Both the position numbers and the translations under genes were made by a program. A model generated the notes under the pieces. It was not told the origin of the DNA. It did no database searches and was given only the letters and a program-made list of their open reading frames with translations. Below, in pieces: positions 60,121 through 64,000 of a DNA stretch of 64,000 nt (its first letter is position 1; every line of letters starts with the position of its first letter). Source of the stretch: Takakia lepidozioides (Eukaryota > Plantae > Bryophyta); the NCBI GenBank assembly GCA_030704615.1, contig CM060732.1:45384001-45448000 (forward strand). Reading direction: 5' to 3'.

Positions 60121-61607
60121 TCGTTGAGGGAAAAGCCACGGTTTGCATGGAGCAGCGAGACTGTTGAGAGCTTGCAAGGTGAACGATGGCGGAAAACGCA
60201 CAGCTCCTGCAGTCAAGAACTTCAAGAACCGGGCAGTCCGGGCACGCTCCCAAAAAAATTGTCGCTTTGGGGTTTTTTGGGCGGGCAGTCAGGGCAGATA
60301 TAAAAAACTGACGACGACGATGACATGGCTATGATGACGTGTCTACGAAACGTGGCAACAAAAACGTGGCACTAAGGCACCCTATTCCTGCTCTATGCTA
60401 AACTAGCTTCCGACCTTAGGTCGTCGCTAGAACTATCACATATTGTTTGCACAGTTTTCCAAACATTCAGAGAACTGACTATTCATTCGCTGTCTTGACC
60501 ATTCTGAACAATCATTCACTGATCTGGATGAACCTTCAACTCACATCTACCAGACGAAATTCAGAACTTTTTTAACGTTTTTAAGTTTTTGACCATGCAT
60601 ATGTACTGGTTCTGTTTTCTTCTTACCATGCAATATCGATTGCGATCCAGCCATCCCTGCCACTATCACGTCGCACGTGCGAGGGTGTGAATGCCGCCGC
60701 CTCGCCGTTAGGGTGGCCGTCTCTCGCCTACGTCGAAGAGTGCATGCAGCGGGTGTTGATGGAGCCGCCGCCAACGACGTGTAGGGTAAATAAGGCCCAA
60801 CGGCGTTCCACGATAAGGCGCCTGCCAGGGCCCGCGGGTGCCATTCACCTGAACAAATGCGCCCTAAAAATACAAAGAGAGTTTTCGACCCGTGCTTTAT
60901 GCCCATATGACGACCCGCTTGGCGATCTAGTTCCTTTCGTCCTTCACTTCAGATCTCGTTGGCTTCAGCTCTCTCTTTCTCACACATGCTGAGATCCTCT
61001 GTACCGCATTCGAGGGTGTTTTTGTGTAACTTTTCTACTGTATGGTCGCGCTGTTCATGAATACTAGTTCTTGTGGCATGCACATATAGATAAGGGATTA
61101 TCCGTAGTTAGTTGTGGGAGTTTCTCTCTCTAGTGCTACTGATATGTGTTTCACAAGACGTTTTGCTTAATATGAGTAATTGAACTAGCTAGACATCCTC
61201 AAAGTTACCGAGGTCTTAATTCTGTAGTGCACAGTTTAATAGTAGTCATCTTCAGGCATCCACCTCACACTTATCAGTTTTTCACATGATTTCGGAGTCC
61301 CTTAGTCTGTGTGAGCTCTAATTACTTGAGCACTGCATACATAGAGGCTAACTGGATACTGCAGGCTAGAAACTCGTTTCTGTATTTCTGTGATTTTGCT
61401 TGGGTGTCTAAAGTCTTCTATTTTTCACTTCTGTAAGCTAGATCTCAAATTGGAGTTCTAAATCGAGCACGGCCAGAAGGGGCCCAAAATTGTGTGGTTC
61501 ATCTGTCTGTAGCGTGTGGTTTTTCAGTTTGCTGGACAGTTTCTGGTCCACTATACACCTCCAAACCGGTTCTACATAGTAGGACGCTCTTGAATCACAG
61601 CTTTATG

Positions 61608-64000
61608 AAAGACAAACGGTATGCTGGATATGGTCCATATTGGATCAATGACCTTGATCCATCTCTGGCCAACTCTAACCGGGAGCAGTCATCACGAGAG
61701 TCACTGCAAGCGAATGATCATGTTGTCTGTTCTCCGGATGAAATTGGGTACATTTCAGATGGCTCAGAGTGGGAACCTATTTTGGAAGTACATGAGGGGC
61801 CAAGTTTTCTTGGCCGTCGAGATAACACACAGACTGCGGTCAGAACTATGACCAGCAGAGAAACAATTGTTCCTGTCTCATTGACGGAAAATATGGCTGT
61901 CGAAGCAGTGACCGAAGAACACTGCGTACCAGGGGCTCTGGACACCCAACAGCTGCATTCCCGGGAATACCCCGATCATTACTACATGGACGAACGGCTG
62001 GCGGATGCAGCAGTTGCCGGGTGTGGTCCTGGCCCTATCGGTGACGGGCATTTTATTGATGGACCCTTGAACGAGAAGCTTCGGAGCAACCGAGCGCGGA
62101 GCACTGGAGCGAGTCTGTACAATCTGATGCAAATCAGATCTGACAAGCAAGATTTAAGTTTTGTGAAGAAGGTTGTGCACCCACAGGATGAAATATCTGC
62201 CTTCTGCAACGACCTCGTTCCTTACTCAGTAAAGCCTAGGCACGATGGTCGTGAGCTGCTGCATTTTGGATCATTAAATACCTGCTCATTGCATTTTATT
62301 GGATTCTACGGGTGTAAGACTTTGATGGCGGAAATGTTTGTCCGGGATTCTGTGATCGACGATGCCACAGCAAGACTGATGCAGGACGAGAAGCTTCAGC
62401 CTGGCTTGTACGCGTCTGTGCGACATAACACTGTCTATATTTTCTATTGGCATCAGGGACCGAAGCTGCTGGATGCTCAAGGAAGGACATCTCGTGCAAT
62501 TTCATCAGATACCTGGTTGAATTGTGCGACACTGTGCACATTTGTTTGGATTCCGTAGGTCTTGAGGCGTCACTCTCAGTACCTGCATCGACTTCCTCAA
62601 AGAGGATACGCACTCAAAGATTGAAGGTATCTGTGGTGAAAGCTTCAGAGAACGACGTCAAATTGAGGAGTGGTTTTGAGATTACACTGTCAGGGAAGCA
62701 ACATCTGTCGACGGTCGAGACATTTCCATGCTCCACCGAGCAATCGGGCTTCAAGCTTTCGGAGGGTCTTCACCGTCTAGCATTGCTTATAGCCACTGTG
62801 CGGCCTCCGAAAATGCATCTCCAGGATAATCAGACGAGTCTCAAAGTGGAGGACATGCCTAATCTTATCAAAGGTTGGGAGTCCGACTATAACTTGGATG
62901 TCTCTAGGTTGAACGATAGGGAATTGCTCGTCTTCTTACAGTGTGCAGAATTAAAAGGCTTCCGAGAGTTTTGTATTTTCAAGCAAGGATTGGAACAACA
63001 AAAAATCGAACAGTCCAAGAAAGTATACAAGGTTGATTCCCTGGTTAGTGTCCAACAAGAACTTGCCTTGAGCATTTTTTCAAAAGGCGCACTCGCGTTC
63101 CTTAGACTCAACTATCCCTGGGAGGAGACCCTGCTGTCGTCAAGTATCATGGATTCTGCTGAGATTACTTCAAGGACTAACCCTGCGGTTGAAGGCACTA
63201 ACAAAAGCCCACCCAACAAACTTACAGAGGCTGCTTCAACACGAGTAAGTATTTCATTAATCCTCCACATGAATGTGTACTGCATGGCACTGAAAAACTG
63301 CTATCTCCTTAGAAAACTGAAATGTATATAGGCCGAGAAGTTGCAGACAATTTCTGTGCTTGTCAAGCTGATATCAAATATCTCACTCTGGAAGTTTCGT
63401 ACATTGTCTGTGCTCAAGCAGGGATCCACACCGTCGATTGCCGCCGATTTCTCAGTCCCTGTGGACCTGAGCCACCACCACGCTGAAACCAGTACAGGTC
63501 TCCAGTCTGAAATTAAGATGTGGCAGCAGTCCAAACAGGCAGATTTTGGTTGCCTCGATCGTGAAATATCTGAGATACGGACAGGCAAGCAGGTCAGCCC
63601 GTTTGTCCGAGAGTTCCTATTTTCTGGCTCCCAGGTCAACTTCCTTCTCAAAAGCGCCGTTAATCTATTAAAGCTGGAAACTACGGTTGATTTCATCGTT
63701 GACGTGAGTGGTAACAGAAGCCTTTCCAAAAACTTGGGCCCTATCATGTATGGCCAGGAAATTTTCTTGCACTTCAAAGACATCGATGGTAATCGTGGGC
63801 AGTCTCTGGCAAGTAAGTTCTTGCCCATCGCTGGGCAGTGCGTCGCAGGTCCTGTCCTCATATCTCAGCCCCTTCGCCTCCAGGTGACTGTGACACACAT
63901 GATTTTCCGTTCTCGAGTAAAAGTGCATGAGCTCATGGGCATCAAAGTTATCAAAGATCCGATTCCAGATCCAATGCAGACTTGGATAGGCTCATACGCC
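61608..64000 (+). CDS. 5' part of a large unknown multi-exon gene (one frameshift near 62480); continues beyond the window
   Basis: Overlapping long ORFs 61494-62558 and 62447-63331; phase-0 intron 63245-63331; open exon 63332-63883. Start codon uncertain. Confidence 0.6.

Overview
Eukaryotic, TE-dense DNA from a land plant, most likely a non-seed plant. The evidence is spliceosomal GT-AG introns, PLS-class PPR fragments, and plant-type Ty3/Gypsy, CACTA and Mutator elements. About 55 kb is a nested stack. A gag-protease retroelement remnant (2095-3059 plus 50309-~53860) contains an old non-chromoviral Gypsy copy (3060-50308). That copy was hit by a CACTA element (35873-~47133) and by a TIR DNA transposon (4838-33310, 8-bp TSD). 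The DNA transposon was in turn hit by a young, structurally complete Gypsy of the same family (15761-29096; 996-bp LTRs, CTCAC TSD). Removing the young Gypsy in silico reveals the main finding, a ~15-kb Mutator-like element with four components: a DDE/SWIM transposase; a divergently transcribed, intron-containing gene fusing a ParB/Srx-like domain (DGNHR) to a beta-class amino-DNA-methyltransferase-like domain; a divergent pair of paralogous unknown genes; and about 45 copies of a 20-24-bp palindrome (GGAAATGCGGYRCCGCATTTCC). The palindromes form a strictly 53-bp-phased array of ~30, a second helically phased cluster, and single intronic copies. This looks like a ParB/parS-type self-recognition and epigenetic module on a plant transposon (inference); this copy is pseudogenised. 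The right end holds hAT and Gypsy remnants, a scrambled PPR pseudogene and the start of an unknown large gene. All calls are by-eye motif recognition; no searches were run.
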